A DNA stretch of 64,000 bases, from assembly GCA_964412195.1 (NCBI GenBank), contig CAYPNP010000011.1:63881-127880 (forward strand), given 5' to 3'. Each line of letters begins with the position of its first letter. Positions within the stretch are counted from its first letter, which is position 1. The notes beneath the pieces are model-generated. The model was not told the origin of the DNA and ran no database searches. It saw only the letters and a program-made list of their open reading frames with translations. The stretch comes from an uncultured Acidobacteriota bacterium (GTDB lineage Bacteria; Acidobacteriota; JAAYUB01). Below, one piece after another: positions 43,757 to 54,352 of the stretch. The position numbers were made by a program, and so were the translations under genes.

Positions 43757-45109
43757 TTACACCTCCTCGATCTCGACTACCGGCGACACCCGCTCCTTGG
43801 GCAGGAGCGCGGGCCAGTAGGCGATCACTTCCGACGGCCGCGGCCGGCCGGCGCCGAAACCGGTCACGGTGGGCGGCCCCGTGAGCAGCAGGGCGATGAA
43901 CTCGCGGCCGAATCGCTCGGCGGCGGCCTCGTCCGGCGTGCGGACGCCGACCTGCAGCACCACTTCGTTGGGCTCCGCGATGGGGTGGGCCAGCGGGCCG
44001 TGGCAGGCGCTGTAGCCCAAGAACTCCGTGTGGACCGCCTCGAAGGACAGCCCCAGCCGGCGCAGTCGCTCCCGGAGGATGCCGTCGGCGGCCCGGGCCT
44101 TGTCCAGCGCGTCGGGCCAGCCGTAGGTGAGCTGGCCGATGCACTTGTAGCCGTCGAAGTAGGAGACGGACACCTTGTAAGAGGTCGTCGGCGGGCCGCC
44201 GCGGATGCCGCTCACCCGCACCCGGTCCGGCCCGTCCGGCTCCAGCCGGATGGAGGTGAAGTCGGCCGTCACCTCGGGGGTGATGTAGCGGCGCGGGTCG
44301 CCGGTCTCGTAGAGCAGCTGCTCCTTGACCGTCCGCACGTCCACCCGCCCGCCGGTGCCGGGGTGCTTCGTGACGACGAAGGTGCCGTCGGGCTCCGCCT
44401 CCAGCACCGGGAAGCCGATCCCGGCGAAGTCGGGCACCTCCCGCCAGCCGCCCTGGAAGTTGCCCCCCGTGACCTGGGCGCCGCACTCCACGATGTGCCC
44501 CGCGATGATGCCGGAAGCCAGGCGGTCGAAGTCGTCGGCGGGCCAGCCGAACTCGCGGATCATCGGCCCGAGCACGAGGGCGGTGTCGGTCACCCGGCCG
44601 GCCAGCACCACCTGGCACCCCGCGGCCAGGGCCTCCGCTACCGGGGCGGCGCCGAAATAGACGTTGGCGCTGGTGATCCGGTCGCGGATGGACGAGATGG
44701 GCTCACCGGTGTCCATGCTGGCCAGGGCCTCCCCGGCGTCCAGGAATTCGTCCAGCCGGCCGAGGATGTCGTCGCCGAGGACGACTCCGATCTTGAGCCC
44801 CCGGACGCCGAGCCGGCGCGCCGCTGCCGCGAGGGCCCGGGCACAGCCGCGCGGATTGACGCCGCCGGCGTTTGTGACCACTCGCAGGCCACGATCCCGG
44901 CAGAGGGGCAGGACGCGCTCCATCACCGGGATGAAGTCGCGGGCGTACCCGAGCTCGGGGTTCCGGGCCCGCTGCTTCTGCAGGATGGACATGGTGACCT
45001 CGGCCAGGTAGTCCATGGTGAGGTAGTCCAGCGGGCCCTCCGCCGCCAGCCGCACCGGCCCGTCCGGAAGGTCGCCCCAGAATCCCTGCCCGTTGCCGAT
45101 CCGGATCAT
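43757..45109 (-). CDS. atuA: AtuA / DUF1446 family protein
   Basis: IGNGQGFWGD, DYLAEVTM, TNAGGVNP, GRVTD, GHIVECGAQVTGGN, EQLLYE. Confidence 0.92.
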   Translation of the reverse strand: MIRIGNGQGFWGDLPDGPVRLAAEGPLDYLTMDYLAEVTMSILQKQRARNPELGYARDFIPVMERVLPLCRDRGLRVVTNAGGVNPRGCARALAAAARRLGVRGLKIGVVLGDDILGRLDEFLDAGEALASMDTGEPISSIRDRITSANVYFGAAPVAEALAAGCQVVLAGRVTDTALVLGPMIREFGWPADDFDRLASGIIAGHIVECGAQVTGGNFQGGWREVPDFAGIGFPVLEAEPDGTFVVTKHPGTGGRVDVRTVKEQLLYETGDPRRYITPEVTADFTSIRLEPDGPDRVRVSGIRGGPPTTSYKVSVSYFDGYKCIGQLTYGWPDALDKARAADGILRERLRRLGLSFEAVHTEFLGYSACHGPLAHPIAEPNEVVLQVGVRTPDEAAAERFGREFIALLLTGPPTVTGFGAGRPRPSEVIAYWPALLPKERVSPVVEIEEV

Positions 45110-45272
45110 CCCCGCCCTCCTTGCCCCCTGCCGCCCGGGGAACAGTAAAACTGGAATATTGAACCTATATCAACATATTTATCAGACAGTTACACGAATC
45201 ATTCTACCAGATGCACCGGCGGCTCCCAAGATTTTTTCGGGGAGCGGAAAAAGTTCTTGACTTCAATTAAAT

Positions 45273-45291
45273 AATAACGATAATTATTATT
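45273..45291 (+). promoter_or_regulatory. Fur/PerR box overlapping the promoter
   Basis: AATAACGATAATTATTATT matches the Fur consensus GATAATGATAATCATTATC at 15 of 19 positions. TTGACT (-35-like) at 45257. Confidence 0.8.
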
Positions 45292-45305
45292 GTTAAGAGG
45301 AGAAC

Positions 45306-45752
45306 ATGAGCAAAACTGATCCACCCAGACAGAGACAAACCAGGCAGCGGCAGCTGATCCTGGAAACCCTGCGCGGCCTCAGGACGCATCCGACAGCCGA
45401 CGAGGTGTACCAGCTGGTCCGGCAGCAGATGCCCAACGTGAGCCTCGGCACCGTCTACCGCAACCTGGAGCGCCTCAGCGCCGACGGCCTGGTCCGGAAG
45501 ATCCACGGCGAGGGCGGGTCCCGCCGCTTCGACGGCGACCTGTCACCCCACCACCACGCCCGCTGCCGGCGATGCGGGCAGCTGGTGGACCTGCCGGCGC
45601 AGCTTAACCTGCCCGAGCTGGGCGAACTCCCCGGCCTCGAGGGTTTCCAGGTGCTGGGCTTCCGGCTGGAAGTGCTGGGCCTGTGCCCCCGCTGCCGGCC
45701 CGTCGCCGGCCCGCCGCCCGCGCCCGCCGAGGCGTCCGCCGGCGGCAACTGA
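45306..45752 (+). CDS. Fur-family regulator (PerR-like)
   Basis: HPTADEVY, SLGTVYRNL, HHHARCRRC, GLCPRC. Confidence 0.93.
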   Translation: MSKTDPPRQRQTRQRQLILETLRGLRTHPTADEVYQLVRQQMPNVSLGTVYRNLERLSADGLVRKIHGEGGSRRFDGDLSPHHHARCRRCGQLVDLPAQLNLPELGELPGLEGFQVLGFRLEVLGLCPRCRPVAGPPPAPAEASAGGN

Positions 45753-45797
45753 ACGAATCGATCCGGACTCAACCAACTTCAAGGAGGATATCCCGTC

Positions 45798-46382
45798 ATG
45801 TGCCTGGTACCGAAACAAGCTCCCGATTTCACCGCCAAAGCCGTCCTGGCCGACAACAGCATCGGCGAACTGACCCTGTCCGACTACAAGGGTAAGCACG
45901 TCCTGCTCTTCTTCTACCCCCTGGACTTCACCTTCGTCTGCCCCTCCGAGCTGATCGCCTTCGACAAGAAACTGGACGACTTCAAGGCCCGGAATTGCGA
46001 GGTGGTCGGCGTGTCGGTCGACTCCGAGTTCACGCACCTGGCCTGGAAGAACACCCCCCACAACCAGGGCGGCGTCGGCATGCTGCGCTATCCCATGGTG
46101 GCCGACATCACCAAGAGCATCTCCCGCGCCTACGGCGTCCTGCTGGGCGAGGCGGTGGCCCTGCGCGGCCTGTTCCTGATCGACCGGGACGGCATTGTCC
46201 GGCACCAGATCGTCAACGACTTGCCGCTGGGGCGCAGCGTCGACGAGGCCCTGCGGATGCTCGACGCGCTGCAGCACTTCGAGGCCCACGGCGAGGTCTG
46301 CCCGGCCAACTGGCGGCGCGGCGAGGCGGCCATGGCCCCGACCGCCGAGGGAGTGGCCCACTACCTGGCCGAACATGCCTGA
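45798..46382 (+). CDS. ahpC: 2-Cys peroxiredoxin
   Basis: [13 protein letters not shown] and EVCPANW. Confidence 0.96.
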   Translation: MCLVPKQAPDFTAKAVLADNSIGELTLSDYKGKHVLLFFYPLDFTFVCPSELIAFDKKLDDFKARNCEVVGVSVDSEFTHLAWKNTPHNQGGVGMLRYPMVADITKSISRAYGVLLGEAVALRGLFLIDRDGIVRHQIVNDLPLGRSVDEALRMLDALQHFEAHGEVCPANWRRGEAAMAPTAEGVAHYLAEHA

Positions 46383-46488
46383 TCTCCCGGCCGCCCGGAG
46401 CGGTTGCCCCGGGCGGCGGTTTCGATTACAATAGGCCCAATCGTTCCGCATTGAAATTTAGCAACATCAAATTCAAAGGAGAATCAAC

Positions 46489-46986
46489 ATGATGAGCGAC
46501 GCGATGGAAAAAGCCCTGAACGACCAGATCAATGCCGAGTACCATTCTTCCTATATCTACCTGGCCATGGCCGCTTACTTCGAAAGCGTCAACATGCGCG
46601 GCTTCGCCAACTGGATGACCGTCCAGGCCCGGGAGGAGATGGCGCACGTGATGAAGTTCTACCACTACGTCTTCGAGCGCGGCGGCCGCGTGGTCCTGAA
46701 GGCCATCCCTGCCCCGGGCAAGGACTGGAAGTCGATCCTGGACGCTTTCCGGGCCGCCTACGCCCACGAACAGTACATCACCGGCCGGATCCACAAGCTG
46801 ATGGAGCAGGCCGTCAAAGAAAAGGACTTCGCCACCCAGGGCTTGCTGCAGTGGTTCGTCAACGAGCAGGTGGAGGAGGAAGCCTCCGCCCTCGAGTGGG
46901 TCACCAAGCTGGAGATGGTGGGCGACAGCAAGCCGGGCCTCTACATGATGGACCGCGAGGCCGGCAGCCGGACCTTCAAGGGGTAG
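46489..46986 (+). CDS. ftnA: Ferritin (non-heme)
   Basis: LNDQINAE..YLAMAAYF, QAREEMAH, AHEQYIT, WFVNEQVEEE. Confidence 0.95.
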   Translation: MMSDAMEKALNDQINAEYHSSYIYLAMAAYFESVNMRGFANWMTVQAREEMAHVMKFYHYVFERGGRVVLKAIPAPGKDWKSILDAFRAAYAHEQYITGRIHKLMEQAVKEKDFATQGLLQWFVNEQVEEEASALEWVTKLEMVGDSKPGLYMMDREAGSRTFKG

Positions 46987-47079
46987 CCCTCATCTGGATC
47001 TTGCGGGGATTTCGATTCCGCCGGCCGGGTGTCCCGAACGGGCCGCCCGGCCGGTCGCACTCATACCTAGGGAGGCTTC

Positions 47080-47589
47080 ATGAACATCGAACAAGCGATC
47101 CAGACCGCCATCGCCTACGAGACCAAGGTGTCCGAGGCTTACGCCCAGGCCGCCGGCCGGGTGCAAGATCCCGCCGGCCGCCGGATCTTCGAGGTGTTGA
47201 CCGAAGAGGAGAAGGGCCACCTGGCGTACCTCAACCACAAGCTGGCGCAACTCCGCCAGACCGGCCACGTCACGCCGGAAGCCCTCGAGACCGCCATTCC
47301 CAACCGGCAATCGATCCAGACGGCCGAGAAGAGCCTGCAGTCCAAGATGGCCGCCATCGACCCCGACAACGACCTGCAGATGCTGGAGCAGGCGCTGGAG
47401 CTCGAGCTCGAGACCAGCAACTTCTACAAGCGGATGGTCCGGGAGCTGCCCCCGGAGGGCCAGAAATTCTTCGCCCGCTTCGTCGAGATCGAGGAAGGAC
47501 ACGTCGCCATCGTCCAGGCGGAGATGGATCACATTGCCAAGTCGGGTTATTGGTTCAATTTCCGCGAAGTGGACCTCGACGGCGCGTGA
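47080..47589 (+). CDS. Rubrerythrin-like ferritin-fold protein
   Basis: Duplicated AIAYE..Y..EEKGH and ALELE..FY..EEGH di-iron motifs. Confidence 0.88.
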   Translation: MNIEQAIQTAIAYETKVSEAYAQAAGRVQDPAGRRIFEVLTEEEKGHLAYLNHKLAQLRQTGHVTPEALETAIPNRQSIQTAEKSLQSKMAAIDPDNDLQMLEQALELELETSNFYKRMVRELPPEGQKFFARFVEIEEGHVAIVQAEMDHIAKSGYWFNFREVDLDGA

Positions 47590-47602
47590 GCCGGGGGAAT
47601 CC

Positions 47603-47766
47603 TTACCACGAATGGACACGGATCAAGCCGGGAATTCAACGCAGATTTACGCTGATTGCTTATGATTGATTATGACAAATCATTGATTGGATTGATCATA
47701 TGCAATCATAATGGATCTGCGTCAATCAGCGTTGAATTCTGATTGATCCGTGTTCATCCGTGTTTA
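47603..47766. repeat. Three-layer nested palindrome
   Basis: CACGGAT arms enclose GAATTCAACGC arms, which enclose a TATGAT/ATCATA core. Confidence 0.85.
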
Positions 47767-47771
47767 ATTTC

Positions 47772-48620
47772 TTAGGAGAGTTGCTCCAGCTGCCGGAGGA
47801 ATTCTTCTTTCTCCGCTTGGCCGGCGTCAGACAGGCCGACCGGCTCCTGCGCCTCCTTGCGCCCCTTGTCGGCGGTGCGGTACTCCGCCCAGCTCCGGCA
47901 GCGGTTCGGCGAGTCGAACAGGAACACCACCCCCACCGGCGTCTTGAGCCGAAAGAGGCTGCAGCGGGCCAACCACAGGGCCAGGGGGCAGACGTCCATG
48001 ACGAACGGGATCACCTCCCCCGTGCGGGCCTGGTGTTCCAACATCTCCTCCCAGAAGTCGGCCATCTGCCGCTCGCTGAGCATGATCTTGACCCGGATGT
48101 CAATGGCGCCGCCCGATCCTTCCCAGCGGCGCACCGCCTGGCCGACCCGGCAGTTCTCCACCGCGCCGCAGGATCGACCGCCGGACTCCGCGGCCAGGAC
48201 GCAGCCGGCGTTGAACCGCCGCTGCCCCGCCGGCTCGTGGTAGGGCGAAGCCGGCTCCGGCGCGCAGGCGCAGCGGAGCGGCTTCTCGCAGTAGGCCTGG
48301 AAAATCCAGAGCTGCGGCCGGTCCGGGCGCCGGCCGGCCTGCCAGTCGTCCCGCCGGCGCCGGAGGAGTTCGAGCAGGGCCGCCCGCGATGGGACGCCCA
48401 GGCAAGTCCCCCGGAACCGGTCCCCCCGGCGCACCGCCAGGAACCGGAGGTTCCGCAACGTCAACAAGGGGTGGCGCAAAAACGGCCGGAGCAGCCGCAG
48501 GGTCACCGGCAGCCGGGCCAGGGCGTAGACCGGCAGGTAGAGCCACTGGCCCACCGCAGGTTCGCTTTTTGCGCGCCCGTGAAACATCCACCCCTCCGGG
48601 ACATCAAATACGGTGACCAT
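47772..48620 (-). CDS. Hypothetical protein with spaced cysteines (possible metal/Fe-S binding)
   Basis: YCEKPLRCAC, FNAGC..SCGAVENCRVG, VCP, NRC. Start uncertain. Confidence 0.6.
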   Translation of the reverse strand: MVTVFDVPEGWMFHGRAKSEPAVGQWLYLPVYALARLPVTLRLLRPFLRHPLLTLRNLRFLAVRRGDRFRGTCLGVPSRAALLELLRRRRDDWQAGRRPDRPQLWIFQAYCEKPLRCACAPEPASPYHEPAGQRRFNAGCVLAAESGGRSCGAVENCRVGQAVRRWEGSGGAIDIRVKIMLSERQMADFWEEMLEHQARTGEVIPFVMDVCPLALWLARCSLFRLKTPVGVVFLFDSPNRCRSWAEYRTADKGRKEAQEPVGLSDAGQAEKEEFLRQLEQLS

Positions 48621-48747
48621 TGTCGCAAGGCCCCCGAAAGCACGCAACAATTTTCCCCTCGGGCCGATAAATGGTCTGGAAGCGCCGGCCGCTTTTATGT
48701 AGAATGGTTTGGCACTTATCATTACCCACAATTTCGGAGGAAGTTCC

Positions 48748-49728
48748 ATGAAAAAATTGTTTGTCGCCTCGGTCCTGCTGGCACTGGCCGCGATGCTGGC
48801 CGCGCCGCTGGCCGCCCAGGGCAAGCCGGTGATGGCGGTGAAGACCTTTGAGAACCCGCCGAACTATTACAACTCCACCGTCGGCAACGGATTGACCGAC
48901 ATGTTCATCACCGAGCTGCAGAAGACCGGCAAGTACAAGCTGATCGAGCGCGCCCAGGTCCAACAGCTGACCGACGAGGTCGACTTCGGCAAGTCCGGCT
49001 ATGTTGACCAGCAATCCGCGGTCAAGAAGGGCCACATCATGGGCGTCGAGTATTACTTCCTGGCCAAGGTCACCAACTTCGGCGCCAAGGAGCAGAAAAC
49101 AGGCGGCAGCGGCTGGGGCGGCGGCGTCTTCGGCGGCCTCGGCGTCAAAAAGGACGAGGCCTATGTCCGGATCGACTTCCGGATCATCGATGCCACCAGC
49201 GCCGAGACCGTGTACGCCGACTACGGCGAGGGCACGTACAAGAAGTCCGGCGTGAGCTTCGGCGGCGGCGCCTGGGGCCACGGGGGCGGCAGCCTGGACG
49301 TCTCCTCCAGCGAGTTCCTCGACAGCATGGTCGGCCGCGCCACCACCATGGCGCTCAACAACGTCATCGACAAGATGGACCACGGCTTCCTGGCCACCCA
49401 CACCTCCCGCTCGGCCGAGCTGAAGCAGGAGGAGGCGGCCGCCCAGAACGAGGCGCTGGCAGCCCTGCGCAAGGTGCCCGGCAAGATCCTGGCCTTCGTG
49501 TCCAACGATATGATCATCATCAGCTTGGGCGCCAGCAACGGCATCCAGGTCGGCGACCGCATGACCGTCTTCAAGTCCGAGGATATCAAGAACTCCAAGG
49601 GCGAGGTTGTCTACTCCGAGGAGAAGGAAGTCGGCTCGCTCGAGGTGTTCGACGTGCAGCCGGACCGCTCCAAGGCCAAGCTGGTCACCGGCGTCGCCAA
49701 GGAAGGCATGACCATCAAGGTGCAGTAA
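48748..49728 (+). CDS. CsgG/HfaB-like exported protein with an extra C-terminal beta domain
   Basis: AVKTFEN..GLTDMFITEL..KYKLIER..AVKKGHIMGVEY..KVTNFG; GGAGG RBS. Confidence 0.8.
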   Translation: MKKLFVASVLLALAAMLAAPLAAQGKPVMAVKTFENPPNYYNSTVGNGLTDMFITELQKTGKYKLIERAQVQQLTDEVDFGKSGYVDQQSAVKKGHIMGVEYYFLAKVTNFGAKEQKTGGSGWGGGVFGGLGVKKDEAYVRIDFRIIDATSAETVYADYGEGTYKKSGVSFGGGAWGHGGGSLDVSSSEFLDSMVGRATTMALNNVIDKMDHGFLATHTSRSAELKQEEAAAQNEALAALRKVPGKILAFVSNDMIIISLGASNGIQVGDRMTVFKSEDIKNSKGEVVYSEEKEVGSLEVFDVQPDRSKAKLVTGVAKEGMTIKVQ

Positions 49729-49753
49729 ACCTATCGTTTCAAACCAGATACCG

Positions 49754-49792
49754 AAAAAGAAGCCGGCGGCTCGCGGAGCCGCCGGCTTTTTT
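49754..49792. terminator. Bidirectional intrinsic terminator
   Basis: aaaaagaagccggcggctc-gcg-gagccgccggctttttt. Confidence 0.9.
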
Positions 49793-49847
49793 AATCCTAT
49801 GGTTGTCGCCTCGTTCGACACACGGGGGGGACTGTCCCAATCGATGA

Positions 49848-50948
49848 TTATTGTTTCTTTGGCTCCTGCTTGCCCGCCGGAGTCGGCTGGGCGGGGGGTT
49901 CCGCCGGTTTGTGCGCCGGGGCCGGGGCGGCGGGGACCACCGTGCGGCGCGGCAGCTGCAGGCCCTCGAAGGGGATGGTGAAGGGTCCCACCAGCTTCTT
50001 GTCCGGGTAGAACAGAATCGAGGTGGAGAGCGAGTCGCCGTACAACTGGATGCTCGCGGCCGCCGCAGGGTCCTGGACGTCCAGCACCGCTTGCGCCACG
50101 GACACGAGGCCGGTGGGCGTGCGCGAGTTGGTGTGCACGGCGGAGAACCGCACCAGCCCCTCGGCGTTGGCCTTCTCCAGGTTGGTGAAGATGGGCTTCT
50201 TGGCGAACTCGGCGGTCTGCCCGGGGTTCATGTCGACGAGCTTGACCCTGGTCGGGTCGTACTTGACACCCAGGGTATAGGCGCCCAGGACGGCCGGGAT
50301 TCTCTCCGTGTCCCGGATGACGAACGTAACGCCGGTCAGGTCCACGAAGATGTCGTACTTGTAGACCGTGCCCTCCTGCGGCTCGACTTTCTTCAGGACC
50401 AGCTTGGCCTTGCCCTCCAGGCGGGAGGGCAGCTGGTTCTCCTTCAGGTACTGCTGGAAGCTCGTGGGCTTCTTCTCGCCGCCGGCCTGCGGTGCGGTCG
50501 ATCCAGCCGGGGGCGATCCGGCCGGGGTTGTCCCAGTCGGAGGCGCTCCAGTGGGCGGATTGGCCGGAGGCGGCTGAGCGGGGCTTTGGCCGAAGGGTGG
50601 CGCGCCTGGCGGCGGGGCGGCCGGGACCGGCGCCGCGGGGGACGTCCCCGTCGCGGGAGGCGCGGCCGGGGCTGCCGGTGCGGCCTGGGTGGGGGCGGCT
50701 TTCTCTTCCTCGGCCGCCGGGGCGGCGGCGGGCTTGGCCTCTGCGGCCGCGGCTTTGTCCGCCGGCTTGGCAGGCTTGGACTTCTTCTTCTTGTCCTTCT
50801 TCGCCGGTTCCTGCTTCTCCTGGACGGGCTGTCCCTGCCCGACCGCAGGGGTGGAGGCCTTCGTCTCCTCAGCAAGGCAGGCCGTCCAGAACAGCCCCGC
50901 GCAGGCGGCTGACAGCAGGATCGCACGGATTCGATGCAAAGTGGTCAT
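49848..50948 (-). CDS. Exported Pro/Ala-rich protein with a cohesin-like C-terminal domain
   Basis: Signal peptide, about 110-aa low-complexity linker, LGAYTLGVKYDPTRVKLVD..GLVRF..GLVSVA; ATGA overlap with tkt. Confidence 0.7.
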   Translation of the reverse strand: MTTLHRIRAILLSAACAGLFWTACLAEETKASTPAVGQGQPVQEKQEPAKKDKKKKSKPAKPADKAAAAEAKPAAAPAAEEEKAAPTQAAPAAPAAPPATGTSPAAPVPAAPPPGAPPFGQSPAQPPPANPPTGAPPTGTTPAGSPPAGSTAPQAGGEKKPTSFQQYLKENQLPSRLEGKAKLVLKKVEPQEGTVYKYDIFVDLTGVTFVIRDTERIPAVLGAYTLGVKYDPTRVKLVDMNPGQTAEFAKKPIFTNLEKANAEGLVRFSAVHTNSRTPTGLVSVAQAVLDVQDPAAAASIQLYGDSLSTSILFYPDKKLVGPFTIPFEGLQLPRRTVVPAAPAPAHKPAEPPAQPTPAGKQEPKKQ

Positions 50949-52960
50949 GCGTTGTTCCTCCCGGAATGGGCCTCGGGGGACACCTCCGCCATCGGCAGGG
51001 GGTCCAGGGGCCGGGTGGATTCCACCAGGCGGTGGATGGCCGCCTTCAGGCCGGCTACGTCCAGGCCCTGCGAGCGGTACACCTCCTCGGTCGGGCCGGA
51101 GGTGGCGTAGTCCCGCGCCCCCAGCCGGGCGAACCGGACGGCGAAGCCCTCGTCCGCCAGCCGGCGGGCCAGGATCGCCCCGAGGCCGGTGCCCCGGTGG
51201 TGGTCCTCGTAGGTCACCAGCACGCCCGCCGCCCGGATGGCCGTCAGGGCCGCCGGATCCATCTCTTTCGGGCAGGCGAAGTGGACCACGCCCACCGACA
51301 GGCCCTGCGCGGCCAGCTCGTCCGCGGCCTGCACCGCCCGGCCGGCCAGCGTGCCCATGGTGGCGATCACGGCGTCCTGGCCGGTGCGCAGGATGTCGGC
51401 CCGGCCGTAAACGAATTCATAATTCTCGTCGAAGAAGGGGCTCCCGTCCGGGTGCCGGATCACCGGCAGCTTGGACCGGCCCATGCCGATGAAGCAGTTG
51501 CCGGCTTGCGCCGCCGCCCAGCGCACGGCCCGGTCGGTCTGGTTAGGGTCGGCCGGCAGGATGACCCGGAAATGGTGAAGGTTCTGGAGCAAGCCCAGGT
51601 AGTCGATGCACTGGTGGGTTTTTCCGTCCTCACCCACATCCAGCCCCAGGTGGGTGCAGACCACTTTCAGGTTGGCCTCGTTGATGTCGTTGATGCGCTG
51701 CTGGTTGTAGACCTCGTCGACGCCGAAGACGCCGAAGTCGGCCCAGAACACCTGCACCCCCTGCACGGAGAGGGCGCCGGCCGCCACGGCGGCGTGGTGC
51801 TCCATGATGCCGCACTGGAAGAAGCGGTCGGGGTGCGCCTTGGCGAAGCCGGAGGTCTTCACGCTGCCGGCGAGGTCGCAGTCGAACACCGCGATCGGGG
51901 TGGCCGCCGGGTCGCCGGCGTTGGCTGCGGCGACGTCCTCCAGCGCCTTGCCCCAGGCGCTGCGGTTGTCGGTGGGCTTGTCCGGCGGGTAGATCCGCGG
52001 CGAGCCGGGATTCAGCCGCACCTCCGGCCGGTCGACCTCGTAGCCCCTCAGGTGGGCGGTGCCCCGCCGGCGCAGTTCCTTGTACCGGTCCAGCTCCAGC
52101 GGCAGACCCAGCTCGGCCAGGGCCTTGCCCAGCAGCGCCTCGTCCAGCGCCTGGCCGTGCCATTTCTCGTCGTTTTCCATGAAGGCGACGCCCTTGCCCA
52201 TGACCGTGCGGGCCAGGATCGCCACGCAGCGCTCCCGGTCGAGGATTGCTTCCCGGAACGCGCCATAGATCTGGTCGAGGTCGTGGCCGTCGATCTCCAG
52301 CACCCGCCAACCGTCGGAAAGGAAGTTCTCCTTCAGGTTCTGAGGCATCACCACAGAGGTCTTGCCGCTGATCTGTAGGCCGTTCCAGTCGACGACGCAG
52401 GTGAGATGGGTCAATCCGTACTTGACGGCGAACCGGCGGGCCTCGCCGATCTGGCCCTTCTGCTGCTCTCCGTCGCCCATCAGGACGTAGGCGCGGCTGT
52501 CCAGCCCCAGGAGGCGGGACGCCAGGGCCATGCCGCAGCCGGCGGACAGCCCCTGCCCCAGGTTGCCCGAGCTCCACTCCACGCCGGGGACGTTGCGCTC
52601 CACGTGCCCCTCGAAGGGCCCGCCGGCCTGGCGGAAGTGGGCGACGGCGTCCTCCACCGGGAAGAAGCCGAGGTGGCCCAGCGCCGCGTAGACGCCCGGC
52701 GAGGTGTGGCCGTGGCTGACCACGATGCGGTCGCGGGCCGGATCGCGGGGATTCCGCGGATCGACGTTCGCCAGCGACCAGAGAGTGAGGTACAAATCGA
52801 TGGAGGACATGGAGCCGCCGGGGTGGCCGCAGCCGGCCAGGGTGGTCATATGGAGGATGTGGCCGCGGGCCTGCCGGGCCGTCTCCCGGATCCACTCCGC
52901 CGTCTCCGGGGCCAGCCGCTCCGCTCGAAATCCCCGGCATCCGTCCGCGATCTTCGTCAT
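50945..52960 (-). CDS. tkt: Transketolase
   Basis: GHPGGSMS, DRIVVSHGH, GNLGQGLS, GDGEQQKG..WNGLQI, GEDGKTHQ, YEDH. Confidence 0.95.
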   Translation of the reverse strand: MTKIADGCRGFRAERLAPETAEWIRETARQARGHILHMTTLAGCGHPGGSMSSIDLYLTLWSLANVDPRNPRDPARDRIVVSHGHTSPGVYAALGHLGFFPVEDAVAHFRQAGGPFEGHVERNVPGVEWSSGNLGQGLSAGCGMALASRLLGLDSRAYVLMGDGEQQKGQIGEARRFAVKYGLTHLTCVVDWNGLQISGKTSVVMPQNLKENFLSDGWRVLEIDGHDLDQIYGAFREAILDRERCVAILARTVMGKGVAFMENDEKWHGQALDEALLGKALAELGLPLELDRYKELRRRGTAHLRGYEVDRPEVRLNPGSPRIYPPDKPTDNRSAWGKALEDVAAANAGDPAATPIAVFDCDLAGSVKTSGFAKAHPDRFFQCGIMEHHAAVAAGALSVQGVQVFWADFGVFGVDEVYNQQRINDINEANLKVVCTHLGLDVGEDGKTHQCIDYLGLLQNLHHFRVILPADPNQTDRAVRWAAAQAGNCFIGMGRSKLPVIRHPDGSPFFDENYEFVYGRADILRTGQDAVIATMGTLAGRAVQAADELAAQGLSVGVVHFACPKEMDPAALTAIRAAGVLVTYEDHHRGTGLGAILARRLADEGFAVRFARLGARDYATSGPTEEVYRSQGLDVAGLKAAIHRLVESTRPLDPLPMAEVSPEAHSGRNNA

Positions 52961-53051
52961 GGAGCGCTCCCCTCGTCAGGTTAGTGCGCCAGTATACCGC
53001 CTTCGCCGGGAAACATCAATCCTGGGAGATACCACGATGTCAAGCTCTGTT

Positions 53052-53237
53052 ACCTATCGGTATCGGCGTCGGTATCGGGATCGGTATCGATTCTGAGCTC
53101 GTCTTCCCAGCTCGATGCCGATACCGATGCCGATACCGACCCCGAGGGAGAGGCTGGGACCACTGGATCTTGCGGCTCGACTTCGATGTGCAGCGTTCAG
53201 CATTCAGGGTTCGATGTCCAACGTTCCGCGTTCGGAC
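53052..53237. repeat. GGTATC/GATACC inverted array plus a CGTTC module between divergent genes
   Basis: tcggtatcggcgtcggtatcgggatcggtatcga ... tcgatgccgataccgatgccgataccga. Confidence 0.82.
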
Positions 53238-53307
53238 TGCCAAACTGACAGGAAAATGGCGCCCTCCGGAATCGCGACCCGGCCATCCGGCTTCTAATGA
53301 CGGATAA

Positions 53308-54312
<1,005 letters not shown>

Positions 54313-54352
54313 TCCGGCACCCGAACGAAACCACACTCTGGAGGATATATCC

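Noticed and set aside
50440-50800. Tandem DNA repeat in the Pro/Ala-rich region
   Set aside because: This is protein-level low complexity with varied codons, not a nucleotide repeat.
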